A stretch of DNA of 44,610 nt, from contig NMRA01001004.1 in NCBI GenBank assembly GCA_002633005.1, positions 25,113 through 69,722 of the forward strand. The letters are read 5' to 3'. Of this stretch, positions 1 to 11,750 are shown piece after piece. Each line of letters begins with the position of its first letter. Within the stretch, counting starts at the first letter, position 1. The notes below the pieces were generated by a model, which searched no databases, had not been told where the DNA came from, and saw only the letters and a list, made by a program, of their open reading frames with translations. The position numbers and the translations under genes were made by a program. The DNA comes from Phoronis australis. Taxonomy: Eukaryota; Animalia; Phoronida.

Positions 1-261
1 GGGGGGGGGGTCATTTGAGAAACCAAAAGCTTGACTAAACAAGACAAAAGTCCACTAAAGAGGCAAGTATTCAGCGAAAGCTCTGAACGTTGAACAAACC
101 CGTTGTTTTTTTCTTTTTTTAGTTAGTGAAAGGTCCACTGTGAAAATTAACCCCTCCCCCCATATTTTAGGGTAAATTTGGTCTGTACTAGAAAATCTGC
201 AAATTTACTGAAAAATCTGCAAATCTGGTGTTAGAGTACTCCAATGGAGTTTTGGTGGTAC

Positions 262-3205
262 ACAGGTCTGTGTAACGTTCAAAATGTTATATCTGTTACG
301 TTTTTCAAAGGAATTCTTTTCAATTTCAGCACACTGGTGGAAGTCATCATGCCAATTGAATACCTTACTTTATTTCACAATAGGCCTAACCAATCAGAAA
401 ATATAGGTCAAAGGTCATTGAGTGCAAACTAAAATTTTGAGCTAGTCTTCAGAATTACGTATCTGTTTACTAAGAGTGATTGAGTTTGATATCTAAATTT
501 TCAGGTCAGTTGGTGCACCCATGGGGTCATTAGGTGCATTTTTCTTCTGAAAGTTTGACCACTTCATTCATCTTGTATTCTGAAGTGCTTAAAGTAAAAC
601 ATCTGTGATTATTAGCAATAACCACACTTTTAATCGAGTTAACAATTACTCCCTCATCGGGGCTCATAATGCACGGGAAGAGGTCAATTAGTGGAAAGGT
701 CATCAAAAAATTAATATGTAATTTCTCCTACAATTTTAAAGAATTCCTTTTCATTTTGGTAAATGGGTTGCTGTTAGTAACTTCCCATAATAATTCCAGT
801 AATACGCACGTGCAGAGTCCGTTATTGTCACACCGTGACAATAATCTTTTTAGTTCTTCTTATTCTTCTTCCGACCAACTTTGAGGCTTAATAACTCCAA
901 ATTGGGTGCAGGTACGGTCTTTTAATTCAGCATATGACTTTTGACAGTATATAAATTTTGATTGGTTATATAATCATATTCCATATTGCACCGCAAGAGG
1001 TTGTTTGGTGCAAAGGTCATATAATTTTCAAAATTCTACTCTTCCTTCAGTTTTAAAGCTATCTTTTTCAAATTCGGTGCACAGGTATAAGTTAACATGA
1101 CAATTTAAAAAATTACTTTTCAAAGTAATTGGGTCATCCAATCAGGTGAAATAGGTCAAAGGTCATTAGGTGCAAACTAAAATTTTGAGCTAGACACTTC
1201 ACATTGACAGGTCTGATTGCCACAGGTGACTCAAATCGGAATCCAAAGTTTCAGGTCATTTAGTACAAACATGGGGTCATTAGGCGCATTTTTCTTCTGA
1301 AATTTTGACCTTTTCAATCAGCAAGTATTCTGATGTGTCAACCGTTAGACAACTGTGATTCTCAGCGTTAAACACGTTTTCCATGGTCTTTGCAATAATT
1401 CTCCTAAAGATGCTTAAAGTGCACCGGATAAGGTCAATTAGTGCAAAGGTCATGTAACGTTCAAAATGTTTTATGTCTTACGTTTCTCAAGGAATTCTTT
1501 TTAATTTCAGCACACTGGTGTAAGTCAACATGCCAATTGAATACCCTACTTTACTTTGCAATATGCCTAACCAATCAGAAAAAATAGGTCAAAGGTGCAA
1601 ACTAAAATTTTGAGCTAGAGACTTCAGAAATAAGTATCTGTTTAATAAGTGCGATTGAGTTTGAATTCTAAGTTTTCAGGTCATTTGGTGCACCCATGGG
1701 GTCATTAGATGCATTTTTCTTCTGAAAGTTTGACCACTTCATTCATCTTGTATTCTGAAGTGCTTAAAGTAAAACATCTGTGATTATTAGCATTAACCAC
1801 ACTTTTAATCGAGTTAACAATTACTCCCTCATCGGGGCTCATAATGCACCGGAAGAGGCCAATTAGTGGAAAGGTCATCAAAAAATTAATATGTAATTTC
1901 TCCTACAATTTTAAAGAATTCCTTTTCATATTGGTAAACGGGTTGCTGTCAGTAACTTCCCATAATAATTCCAGTAATACGTACGCGCAGAGTCCGTTTA
2001 TTGTCACGCCGTGACAATAATCTTTCTAGTTCTTCTTATTCTTCTTCCGACCAACTTTGAGGCTGAATAACTCCAAATTGGGTGCAGGTACGGTCTTTAA
2101 ATTCAGCATATTTTTGACAGTATATAAATTTTGATTGGTTATATAATCATATTCCATATTGCACCGGAAGAGGTCGTTTGGTGCAAAGGTCATATAATTT
2201 TCAAAATGCTACTCCTTCTTCAGTTTTAAAGCTATCTTTTTCAAATTCGGTACACAGGTATAAGTCAATCAGGCAATTTAAAAAATTACTTTGCTAAGTA
2301 ATTGAGTCACCCAATCAGGTAAAACAGGTCAAATGTCATTAGGTGCAAAGTAAGATTTCGAGCTAGACACTTCAAAACCACAGGCCTGATTGGCACAGGT
2401 AATTCAATTCAGAATCCAAAGTTTCAGGTCATTTAGTGCAAACATGGGGTCATTAGGTGCATTTTTTCTGGAAATTTGACCTTTTCATTCACCATGTATT
2501 CTGATGTGGCAACTGTTAGACAACTGTGATTCTCAGCATTAAACACATTTTTCATGGGCTTTGCAATAATACTCCTAAAGACGCTTATAATGCACCGGAT
2601 AGGGTCAATTAGTGCAAAGGTCATCTAACGTTCCAAACATTATATCTGATGTTTTTCAAGGAATTCTTTTTAATTTCACCACACTGGTGTAAGTCAACAT
2701 GCCAGTTGAATACCCTACTTTACTTCGCAATAGGCCTAACCAATCAGAAAAAATAGGTCAAAGGTCATTGAGTGCAAACTAAAATTTTTAGCTAGAGACT
2801 TCAAAATTACATATCTGTTTACTAAGTGCAGTTGAGTTTGAATTCTAAATTTTCAGGTCATTTGGTGCACCCATGGGGTCATTAGGTGCATTTTTCTTCT
2901 GAAAGTTTGACCAATTCATTCATCTTGTATTCTGAAGTGCTTAAAGTAAAACATCTGTGATTTTTATTATTAACCACACTTTTAATCGAGTTAACAATTA
3001 CTCCCTCATCGGGGCTCATAATGCACTAGAAGAGGTCAATTAATGGAAAGGTCATCAAAATTTTAACATGTAATTTCTCTTACATTTTTTAATAATTCAT
3101 TTTCATATTGGTAAACGGGTTGCTGTCAGTAACTTCCCAAAACAATTCCAGTAATACGCACTCGTATAGTCCATTATTGTCACGCCGTGACAATAATCTT
3201 TCTAG
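262..3205 (+). mobile_element. Tandem array (about 2.5 units, 1176-bp period) of a non-autonomous Helitron/Helentron-like element
   Basis: The hairpin TTATTGTCAC-n3-GTGACAATAA recurs at 822, 1998 and 3174 (spacing 1176). It is followed by CTAG at 2026 and 3202 (TTAG in copy 1). Units start with a TTCTTCTTATTCTTCTTC tract and contain diverged ~430-bp subrepeats. The array ends at CTAG|TTT. Confidence 0.75.
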
Positions 3206-3904
3206 TTTACACTTACCTTTGTATCTTCAAAAGTCCTGAACAGATTTTCTTTAAATTTGGTATGTAGGCACCTATTAGTGAGGTGACGCTATCCTCCCGT
3301 TTTCGGATGGATTCGACGTAGTTTACGCCACCTAGTGGCCATTTTTACTGTTTTTTTGCGTCCACCCCTCTATGAACCAAACCGCTCGAAGAATGGCTGT
3401 GAAAATCGGCATGTATGTGCTTACTATAAAGAGGACGGTTGACGATGATTTTCCGACGATTTCGATTACTTTGGCGTCTCCTAGTGGCAGTTTTGTTTTT
3501 TTTTGCGTCTATGGCTGTATCTGCTAAATCATTTGCAGATCTTTACTTAATTTAGGAAGTGTATTTATATGACGTTGACTATGGATGACGACGACTTTCG
3601 GAGAGATCTGATTACTGCTGTGCCCCCGACAATTTTAGTTTTTTACGTTTTACTCAGTATCTTCAAAGGCGGATTTAACGGACACTGTGCCCACTAGTGG
3701 TAATTTCATTTTATTCTGTTTTCCTTTGTTTCTCTGAAGTTCCTTGACAGATTTTTATGAAATATGGCATGTTCCTGTTTTTGGATGGGTTGTATATTTT
3801 TGCGCCATCTAGTGGCTATTTTTATGACTCAAATAAATAACCCTAAAAGCACACCATTTGCAATGCATTCGTGGGTGCATTTCAATGCTCCGCGTTGCTC
3901 TTGT
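3206..3904 (+). mobile_element. 3' part of a HINE/DINE-1-like Helentron element (family A)
   Basis: Degenerate ~115-150-bp core repeats, then subTIR GTGGGTGCAT (3871-3880), hairpin CAATGC-TCC-GCGTTG and CTCTTGT. The same end occurs at 38665-38698. Confidence 0.75.
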
Positions 3905-4050
3905 ATGGCCTGGTCATCCATTCAGCCAAAAGTAGTTCCATAGGTGACTTATCAGCCATTCATGCATACTGACTCACAATAGAAGCCTGATAAGAGTGAA
4001 GGTGGATGGTGTTCCTATAGTTTCATGTGGTAGTGTATGTGTTCAGGACA
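3905..4050 (+). repeat. Dispersed repeat, unclassified; inverted copy at about 40235-40393
   Basis: ATGGCCTGGTCATCCATTCAGCCAAAAGTAGTTCCA...CTGACTCACAATAGAAGCCTGATAAGAGTG matches the reverse complement of 40235-40393. Confidence 0.8.
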
Positions 4051-4921
4051 TGACTGTTTTCTGTACGGTTTGCGCCAAATGTAATTAGAACAAAATACCC
4101 TTTTATTTCATGGACATGACTTGAGCCATGATGGCGGATCAGTTTAGCTTCTGTGATTTTCTGATGGTGAATTCCGTTTTCATTTAGCCGTCATGATGCT
4201 TGTGCTCATCCATCATGATATGGAATTGGAGGTCATTTTACTGTTATTTTTATTAGTAATTGTGTTGCAGTATTGTATGTAGTCATTTTAATGCTAGATT
4301 GTTCACTTTTTAACTTTTCCTGAAATGATTGATAGTCAGCCAGTCTTTGGTTGATTTAATAAAACTGAGATGCACTGTCTTGTTGGCCTAAACTACTTAA
4401 ACATGCAAGGAGGAAATATGCTAATTAAGCCTAGTAAACTGGACTTAAAAATAACTTCGCCATGATAGTACCAGTGTCAACTTTCAGTTTGAATTGCATG
4501 ATAACTTGCGATTGAATTGAAGTGATCCACTTTATGATTTGCAGTCTGTCATGTTTTCTACTCACAAACTCTCTGGTTGCTCCTCGGGGCTAGGTAAAGG
4601 TTGTTCTCTTACGAAAATGAGTTTTTTGAAACGGTTGTACAATTAATGGCAGATAAGTGAAAAAATCCAACTTTCTACTTTCAGAAAATATATACTTTTA
4701 CTGTCTTACCATCGTTAGTTTTGTAGATATTTTGCTATTAAATATTCAGTCATGTCTGGTAGAGAAGATCCTGCATATGGTACCTAACCTTAATGCATAT
4801 TGTAGTGTGAGTGTGTGCACATGCAGTTGTTTTCTTTTTGTTTGCTGTTTTCGATCACAAATGATGCTGAAAATGTATCTAAGTCTTAACTACTAATCAG
4901 TGAGTTGATGGTTCGTCTTAA

Positions 4922-6252
4922 AGGCGAAGGCAACCTTTTTTCATGTCACTTTTAGCAAAAATAAGATTCGTTGATTATCCCTGACACATTTTTCACTTAA
5001 TTACAGCTTTTCGTAATTTGATTAATTTCTTGTCCTCTACTCCGGAAGTGACGTTTTTGGAGGCAAGAGTTTCGCGCCAATGTCTTTTCATTATATTCTG
5101 ACTATGAGAGCTGTCGAATCAGTCATTGTTCAACCTCGGTTGTGATAAGTTCGGTCGTCGTTTGCTTTTGTTTACAAGTCAGTCAACATGCCATGCTGTT
5201 GCTGCATGCCGGGATGTACTCGTTATCATCTCACACGCGCTTTGGGTACCTTGCGTCACTTTCCGAAGGATGACACACTTCGCCGTACTTGGCTAGCTCG
5301 TTCATGTGAAGAACGCAGCGCTACCTGTCCATGCAACGCACAAAGCAGTGGAGGGTTACCGAGGTTGGCAAGCATTTTCTGCCACCAGATTACGACAGAG
5401 ATATGTACGCTGCATTAATGAAGGTCCCTGCAAAACAATGCCTGAAGAAGGGTACCATACCGTCGCTGTTGATTCCCGGCAGTGCCCCGTCGCCAACCCC
5501 GAGAAGTGCGTTATTGAAGCGAGAAGCCTCCCGAGCTCGTGGCCTCTATATACAGTGACTGGAGGCACTTCATCTACTGTCACCTGTGCCTCCAAACGTA
5601 CCCCATTGCGTGCAATTCTGGGAACTAGCAGTGATTCACCCTGTGCTGTTGTCTTTAGCCCAGAGCCTGTAAGCAGCTCTGCAGCGATGTTGTGTAGTGC
5701 GAGTGAATACAGGCCCAGTTCGACACCCAGTGAAGAGGACACTTCGTCATCCAATGAACAGTTCGATGAGCGTAAGTTTGATAAATTTATTGTGGACTTG
5801 TATTGGAGCTATTTAGAAGGTGCCAGGTGTGTGGCGAGGGAGTCACACAGCGGGATGTAAGCAGTTTGGGTGCTCAGATCACCCTCCAGTGGTAGTGTGT
5901 CGCGGTACACTCAGGCAATGGGACAGTTCTTCCTCTGTACGTGAGACGATAATGAGTACACCCCAGTACGCAGCCACAGCGTGACATGTTGACTGACTCG
6001 TAAGCAAAAGCAAACGACGACCTATCTTATCACAACCGAGTTAGAACAATGACTGACTCAACTGCTCTCACAGTCAGACTATATGAAAAGAAGTTGGCGC
6101 AAAATTCTTGCCTCCCAAAACGTCACATCCGGAGTAGACGACGAGTAATTAAATAAGTTACGAAAAGCAGTAAATAAGTGAAAAATATGTCTGGGATAAT
6201 CAAAGAACCTTATTTTTGCTAAAAATGACATGAAAAAAGGTTGTCTTCGCCT
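4922..6252 (+). mobile_element. Kolobok-like DNA transposon, non-autonomous, with long TIRs
   Basis: TTAA at 4918-4921 and 6253-6256. Termini are AGGCGAAG...CTTCGCCT. Imperfect TIRs of ~315 bp (4922-~5235 and ~5940-6252). Contains a THAP remnant. TTAA TSD, RR..YY ends and THAP are Kolobok hallmarks. Confidence 0.85.
5188..5470 (+). pseudogene. Frameshifted THAP zinc-finger domain
   Basis: MPCCCCMPGC...HFPKDDTLRRTW in one frame, then KHFLPPDY...LKKGTIPSL in another. This gives the THAP CxxxxC, FP, W, HF and AVPTI-like motifs; the third Cys appears lost. Confidence 0.8.
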
Positions 6253-6430
6253 TTAATAATTCAGGGTCATGTGATACTGCCGGAATGGAACCCAGTAATA
6301 TACATAGTCTTAAACCAAGATTATTGCACTTGTAAAAACAGTGCTGCATCTAGTTTTTAATGGGTTTTCTGGCCATTAAACACTTTGGTTTATCAAATGC
6401 ATTTAACATTTGCTGGTAGTGTTCTTGCAG

Positions 6431-6487
6431 GCTTACAATGCGTGTCATACAGAAGAAGCTAAAGAGAACATGCTGACAGACATTGTG
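6431..6487 (+). CDS. EME1: Crossover junction endonuclease EME1-like, penultimate coding exon
   Basis: TTCTTGCAG| 57 nt |GTACAG, phase 0, encoding AYNACHTEEAKENMLTDIV. This matches the recalled human EME1 segment AYQQCFSDKERQNLLADIQ. Confidence 0.85.
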
Positions 6488-7582
6488 GTACAGTTTTAAT
6501 TTAAATTTAAAGAATTCAACAGTTCCCTATTTAATTTACATATATTTATGCATCCACTTATTTTTATGTATGTGCATATTGCTATCGTCTCTGTCTTGGC
6601 TTCCAGCGTTTGCTGCTGTATCTCTTAAACCCCTTGCAGCATCTTTAATGAGAATAGTTCCTAGATCCCATAAACCTGACAACAGACGACAACGAATTTT
6701 GGACCTATCTGACTACCATTGTAGTCCCTAGTGACAGTTTGTTTTTAATGTTACTTCTGTATCTTTTTGGAGTTATTTGATGGATTTTCATGAGATTTGG
6801 AAAGTAGGTTTCTGGTAAGGTGACCACGACAGCTGTGAATTTTCAGACGGCTTTGATGATTCGGCATCTTCTAGTGGCCAATTTAAAAATTTTTTAGTCC
6901 TTTTTGGCACCTGCCTTTCTATCTGCCAAATCTGAAAGATCATTATGAAAATTGGCAGGTGTGATCATTATGAGACCACAGGTGATGTTGATTATTGGCT
7001 ACTCTCTGGCACCCTCTGTGGGGATTTTTTTCACCTGCAGCTGTATCTCATTAGCCTTTTGCAAGAACTTTGTGAAATTTGACAAAAGAAATGATGATGA
7101 GCTTCAGGCCTTTCTAACGACTGTTTGTATCTTCCGAGCTCATTGATGGATTTTTATGACTTTTGGCAAAAAGATTTCTGTTAAACAGACAATTATGTTG
7201 TCCCAATTTTCAGAAATGTTTTACGTATTCTGTGCCATTTAATGGAATTTTTCAAATTTTCAAGTCCGTTTTTGGCCTCTTCCTCTCTATTTGCCAAACT
7301 ACTTGAAGGATTGTTGTGAAAATTGGTAGATGTGTTTCTGGTGAAAAGACTAAACCTGACGTTGATTTTGAGACGGGTTTGACTACTTTGGCTCCCGCTA
7401 CTGGTGTTTTTATTTGTATCATTGTATGGCTGTACCTCAACCATGTGGAAAATGTCTTTCTATGCAACTTACAACATATTGTGAGGATTTTCAGATTAAT
7501 CTGACTACTGCTGTGCACCATAGTAGCAATTTTAGTTTTTTATGTTTGCCTTTGGAGTTCATTCAGTTGGTGGATTTTCATG

Positions 7583-8478
7583 TGTCAGACGATTGTCTGT
7601 GGGTTTGTTTAAAAGGTAGCTATGCTTTGAAGTTGTGCGTAGATGGAGAGTGAATAATCAAATCCAGTAATTAATTTATTATATGATAACCCCTAATTAG
7701 ACAAATGAAACCTATTGTTAATTAAGTAATCAACTACAAAGAGAAACTACGCTAGCGCCCTCTTTAAAGATTACTTTAATCAAACAACCAAACGATCAAA
7801 TGTCTTATCTGCTATCCAAGCTAGGACTCTCCACTTGTTGGATGTCTGTCCTGTTGGTGAATCTTCGAACTACACACACTGTATAGCGACAGTGTACTTG
7901 CTGGTCACCGTCTCTGGTGATGCAACACTTGCAGGCAATTTCTTCTACCCGCGATTCTTCTTGCTGGTCACAGTCTCTGGCTGATGACGCAACACTTCAG
8001 GTAGTATCTTACTACCCACAATGCAAGTGACAAGCTCTTAGTTAACTTCCGGTTCGTTAACCCTTGCCCTTGCCAAGATCCTTTCTAGAATCTTCCACGA
8101 GATGGCTCTGTCGTACAACTGCTTCTGTACACTGTAGCAAGTCTTTATGCTTCAACTACTTTAGCGCATCTGATTATCTTGCTGATTTCAGCCCATAATA
8201 TAACATTCTACTTATTTAGTGATTGGCTAATAAAAACCACATGATCATATCCACTCGTATTATTGGCTGTTACAATTTGTTCTCAGAATATTCTAGAATC
8301 TCTAGAGTACTTTGACCCCAGAACCCAAAGTTGTAAACACCATCTAAAAATAGATTTTGACGTTAAAATACATGTCAACAAGTCTGACCCCATGATTTAA
8401 AAGTACATATGCACAAATTTTGGGCAACTTAAAATAGATCTATTCTTACTAATTACTTAATCAATATTTATTCTGACA
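7583..8478. mobile_element. Solo LTR (896 bp)
   Basis: Inverted ends TGTCAGA...TCTGACA, with 5-bp TSD TCATG (7578-7582 and 8479-8483). Removal restores the HINE motif GGATTTTCATGAAATTT. Confidence 0.85.
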
Positions 8479-8790
8479 TCATGAAATTTAACAGATAGGT
8501 TTCTATTTAGAAAGTGACGATGCTCTGCCATTTTCGTATTGATCGATGTATTTTTGCACTACTAAGTGGCCATTCTTATCTTTCAAGTCATTTTTTGGCA
8601 TCTGCCTCTTTGCTTGCCAAATTGCTTTTAAGGAGAATGCCACCCAGTTTAATTAGTCCTTTTTACCATCTTAATCGGTCTATATCCACATCGCCTCTTA
8701 TACGGTCGACCTCAACTTGCCGAGAGGTGTTGCGTCAACCTGTGAGGAAGGTGAGAAACTATGTAGCGATGTCAGTGATTTAGCTGCAGA

Positions 8791-9335
8791 GTGAATGCCA
8801 CTATATTGCGGTGCATCGTTCCCACTTGTCCGAACTATGAAGCTGCGAAGGAAGCGGATATATCATTTTTTCAATTTCCTCGAGAGCCCGAAATGCTTAG
8901 TGTCACGTTTTCCTCGTGTGTGGGTGGGCGCAGGTTGTTACAGACCGGTGCTAATAGCTTTCGGTGGGACGATAGACTGAAGATAGGTTCGAGTCATGCC
9001 AGAGTCTTCTAGAAAGTTCCACACTATACTGTAGTAAACAAATTACGTCACTACTGACCTCAGTCTACTAGAAAGTTCCATACTATTCTGTAGTAAGCAA
9101 ATTATAACATCACTGTACTTAACTCAGGGGTCATGCCAATTAAACACAATAACAAAACAAAACAATAGAACTAAAACTGTCAGTCTACATTCCGACACTT
9201 AGGAAGTGGCCTGCGGCAGTGAAGAATGAAAAGTACACTGTTAATAACAAGTATGAGGCCATGAAACATCTCCGTGTCTGTGGCCGGCATTTCGTCGACT
9301 GTGATTTCTATGACGAAATCCGGCTTACCAAAAAA
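8791..9335 (+). pseudogene. THAP domain interrupted by a solo LTR
   Basis: Removing 8901-9202 gives an in-frame CIVPTC...FFQFPREPEMLRKW...HLRVCGRHFVDCDF, a complete C2CH THAP signature. Confidence 0.85.
8901..9197 (-). mobile_element. Internally deleted solo LTR (297 bp), same family as 9696-10356
   Basis: TGTCA...CCGACA with TSD CTTAG (8896-8900 and 9198-9202). Both ends align with 9696-10356. Confidence 0.85.
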
Positions 9336-9695
9336 CTATCCATATGTTCCGTTGCTTGTGCATGTTCACGGTGCCTCTCTAGTATTTCTTGGTCAGTGTA
9401 TTCCGGTTCGAACTGATAGCCTGTGAAACCTAATGATCCGATCCGTGAAGTCTTTGTCGGATGAGCTCTTGACTAACTTGGGATTGGCGCGCCGGGTGAG
9501 GTGCCTTGTAGACATTTATTATAATTCTATGTGCTGTTTCAAAGTGAATTATTCTCACCCTAACCAATGCTTATATAAAACTGAAACAAAGTCTGTCTCA
9601 TTAGATACAATTTGTATTGCCTTTGGAGTATTTATGAGTGCAAATGTTTTGAGAAGCCAGCAATTATAAACCACTGTGTTACCGGCTTTAGATGC

Positions 9696-10356
9696 TGTCA
9701 TGTTTTTCCTGTGTGTGGGTGGGCGCAAGTTGTGGCAGACCGGTGCTAATAGCTTTCGGTGCGAGAATTGACTGAACACTGGTTTGAGTTAATCCTTTAT
9801 TAATCCCGACCGTGCGTTCACAAGCCTACTCAAACAAAACGTCCGAAGTTTTGTCTGTTTTATGCTCCAGCCAGTGCTGCGAAGCCTTGACTTGTGATAA
9901 ACTTCTGAGACACGTTCAGCAAGTGTTACACTCGTCGATTCAATAATCTGCTATCTCTATAGCTGGCTCTCTATTGACTATCGCTGTAACTGCTGATTCT
10001 CTTCACTGCAACTCAATTGTAGTTCTGATTAACTTTCTTGTGAACTGCTGATTATCTGACTAACACAAACCCGTGCTTGTGTATTTATAGCCTAATGCAT
10101 TGTTCTGGAACTTTTCATCAATTCAAGCACATTCTAGAACTTTCCTGAATCTACCCAACCATTCTACAAACATGTACTAGTCTATAGAATATTCCAGACT
10201 GCATTAATCACTGTCATGCTAGAGTCTTCTAGAAAGTTCCACACTATACTGCAGTAAACAAATTACATCATCACTATACTTAATTTAGGGGTCATGCCAA
10301 TCAAGCAGAACAACAAAACAATACAACTAAAAACAGTGTCAGTCTATATTCCGACA
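9696..10356 (-). mobile_element. Solo LTR (661 bp)
   Basis: TGTCA...CCGACA with TSD GATGC (9691-9695 and 10357-10361). On the minus strand TATAAATA (~10085) precedes AATAAA (~9800). Confidence 0.85.
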
Positions 10357-11550
10357 GATGCAATAAACGTAACTGACCGTGCACCGAGGCCGTGTGAGTG
10401 CATGCTAATTCAGTGTTTGCTGACAGAAAGCTGTTATGAAACAATAACTCGTTTTTATATGCTATGGTCACATGTTGGGGAAATCTTTATTTAGATATAC
10501 AAATACATTATTCAAATCATTGTTACTGTACAACCTTTGCCCTGATGGTTCTGTGGAAGGGGAAGGTGACTTCGCAGACCCCGACAAGTAAGTAGATTTC
10601 AGTTTCGTGGCTAAGTCACCTAAATAAGTACATGCACATTATTTCTTTGGCTCATTGTAATTATAGTCTTTTTGTGACTGGAGGTTTAGCCCAACTTTAG
10701 CTGGTTTATGTTCGTGATGTCCAGTCCCGGCACCCGCCACGGGCGTGATCGGGTTCCGAGCCACTGGTGGGGAGTAACAAGCGTTTTGTGAAAAAATTCG
10801 CAGTCTAAAAGTACAACACACAACTATGTTCCCCCATCTGTATTTCACGGAAGAATGATTTAAATCTATTACCAAAGAGACCCAAACTCCCACGATCGAC
10901 CATGGTAAATTGGCGTACCGAACTCTGTAGGCTACGGTACATTCAAATACATATAAATCCGTAACAGTGAAATAAAAACATGTTTGTTCAAGAACTCTAT
11001 GTATTTGTAAGGGGTTTATATCGAATTTTGATGATTTATTGGTGTGAAACGATGACTTCAAGCGATAGGTTGTCATCAGTAAGCGTGTTGTGAATGGCTG
11101 AACAGACTGCGTTTGAACCAATTACGTCATTGGTTAATTTCAACACCTCCGTCTGCCTTTTGGTTTCAGGTAAAACAACTGAACTTACTGTTATCGAGTG
11201 GAACTACTCGATCTAAATTGATACAAAATAGGTTGTTTTTTGAATGGTATTCTCCTTTAAGGGGTCATTGACAGCATTGACAGATGTGTTCCTGATGAGA
11301 AGACCATACCAAACGTTAATTTTTGGACGGGTATGACTACTGTTGCAACCCCTGCTGGTGATTTTGTCTTCTTTGTGTCCTCATGTTGGACTACTGATTT
11401 CCCTCGTAATAGCGAATTGTTTTTTCACGCGACTGATTTTCTTAAAGTTAGGGACATAGCTTTCTATTTGGAAGACGACGATCCTTCTCTTGGTCACATT
11501 CAAGTGCATGCGAAAACTTGACACATTTGAACCAATTTGTGCATATTAGT

Positions 11551-11750
11551 AAACAATACAGTTGTTCATTCATACAACTACACAATACAGTTGTTCACTC
11601 ATACAACTACACAATACAGTTGTTCACTCATACAACTACACAATACAGTTGTTCATGCAACTACGCAATACATTTGTTCATTCTTGCAACTAAACAATAC
11701 AGTTGTTCATTCATGCAACTAAACAATACAGTTGTTCATTCATACAACTA
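11551..11750. repeat. 29-bp minisatellite, about 7 copies
   Basis: Unit ACAATACAGTTGTTCAYTCATACAACTAM, with CAATAC at 11554, 11583, 11612, 11641, 11666, 11695 and 11724. Confidence 0.95.

Larger units (their letters stand above)
8631..11256 (+). mobile_element. Second Kolobok-like element (short TIRs, THAP remnant)
   Basis: AGGAGAATGCCA...TGGTATTCTCCT. TTAA on the right (11257-11260) and TTTA on the left. Subterminal inverted motif GAGGTGTTG/CAACACCTC. A THAP frame lies near the left end. Confidence 0.7.
6545..11490 (+). mobile_element. HINE family A copy in the last EME1 intron, split by nested insertions (pieces ~6545-7582, 8479-8630, 11257-11490)
   Basis: The 5' end TTTATGCATCCAC...GTGCATA resembles 13438-13476. 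Core repeats continue across each insertion once it is removed. Confidence 0.7.

Noticed and set aside
5306-5860. 184-aa ORF and antisense 132-aa ORF as genes
   Set aside because: They lie inside the Kolobok-like element and overlap the frameshifted THAP. They show no independent domain signal.
8901-10356. Two similar LTRs as one TRIM/provirus
   Set aside because: Each has its own different TSD, and the sequence between them continues the THAP frame.
10639-11121. 160-aa minus ORF as the Kolobok second protein
   Set aside because: Position and orientation fit, but I can find no recognisable motif.
11551-11750. 29-bp repeats as a CRISPR array
   Set aside because: The units are contiguous with no unique spacers, the locus is a eukaryotic intron, and there are no cas genes.
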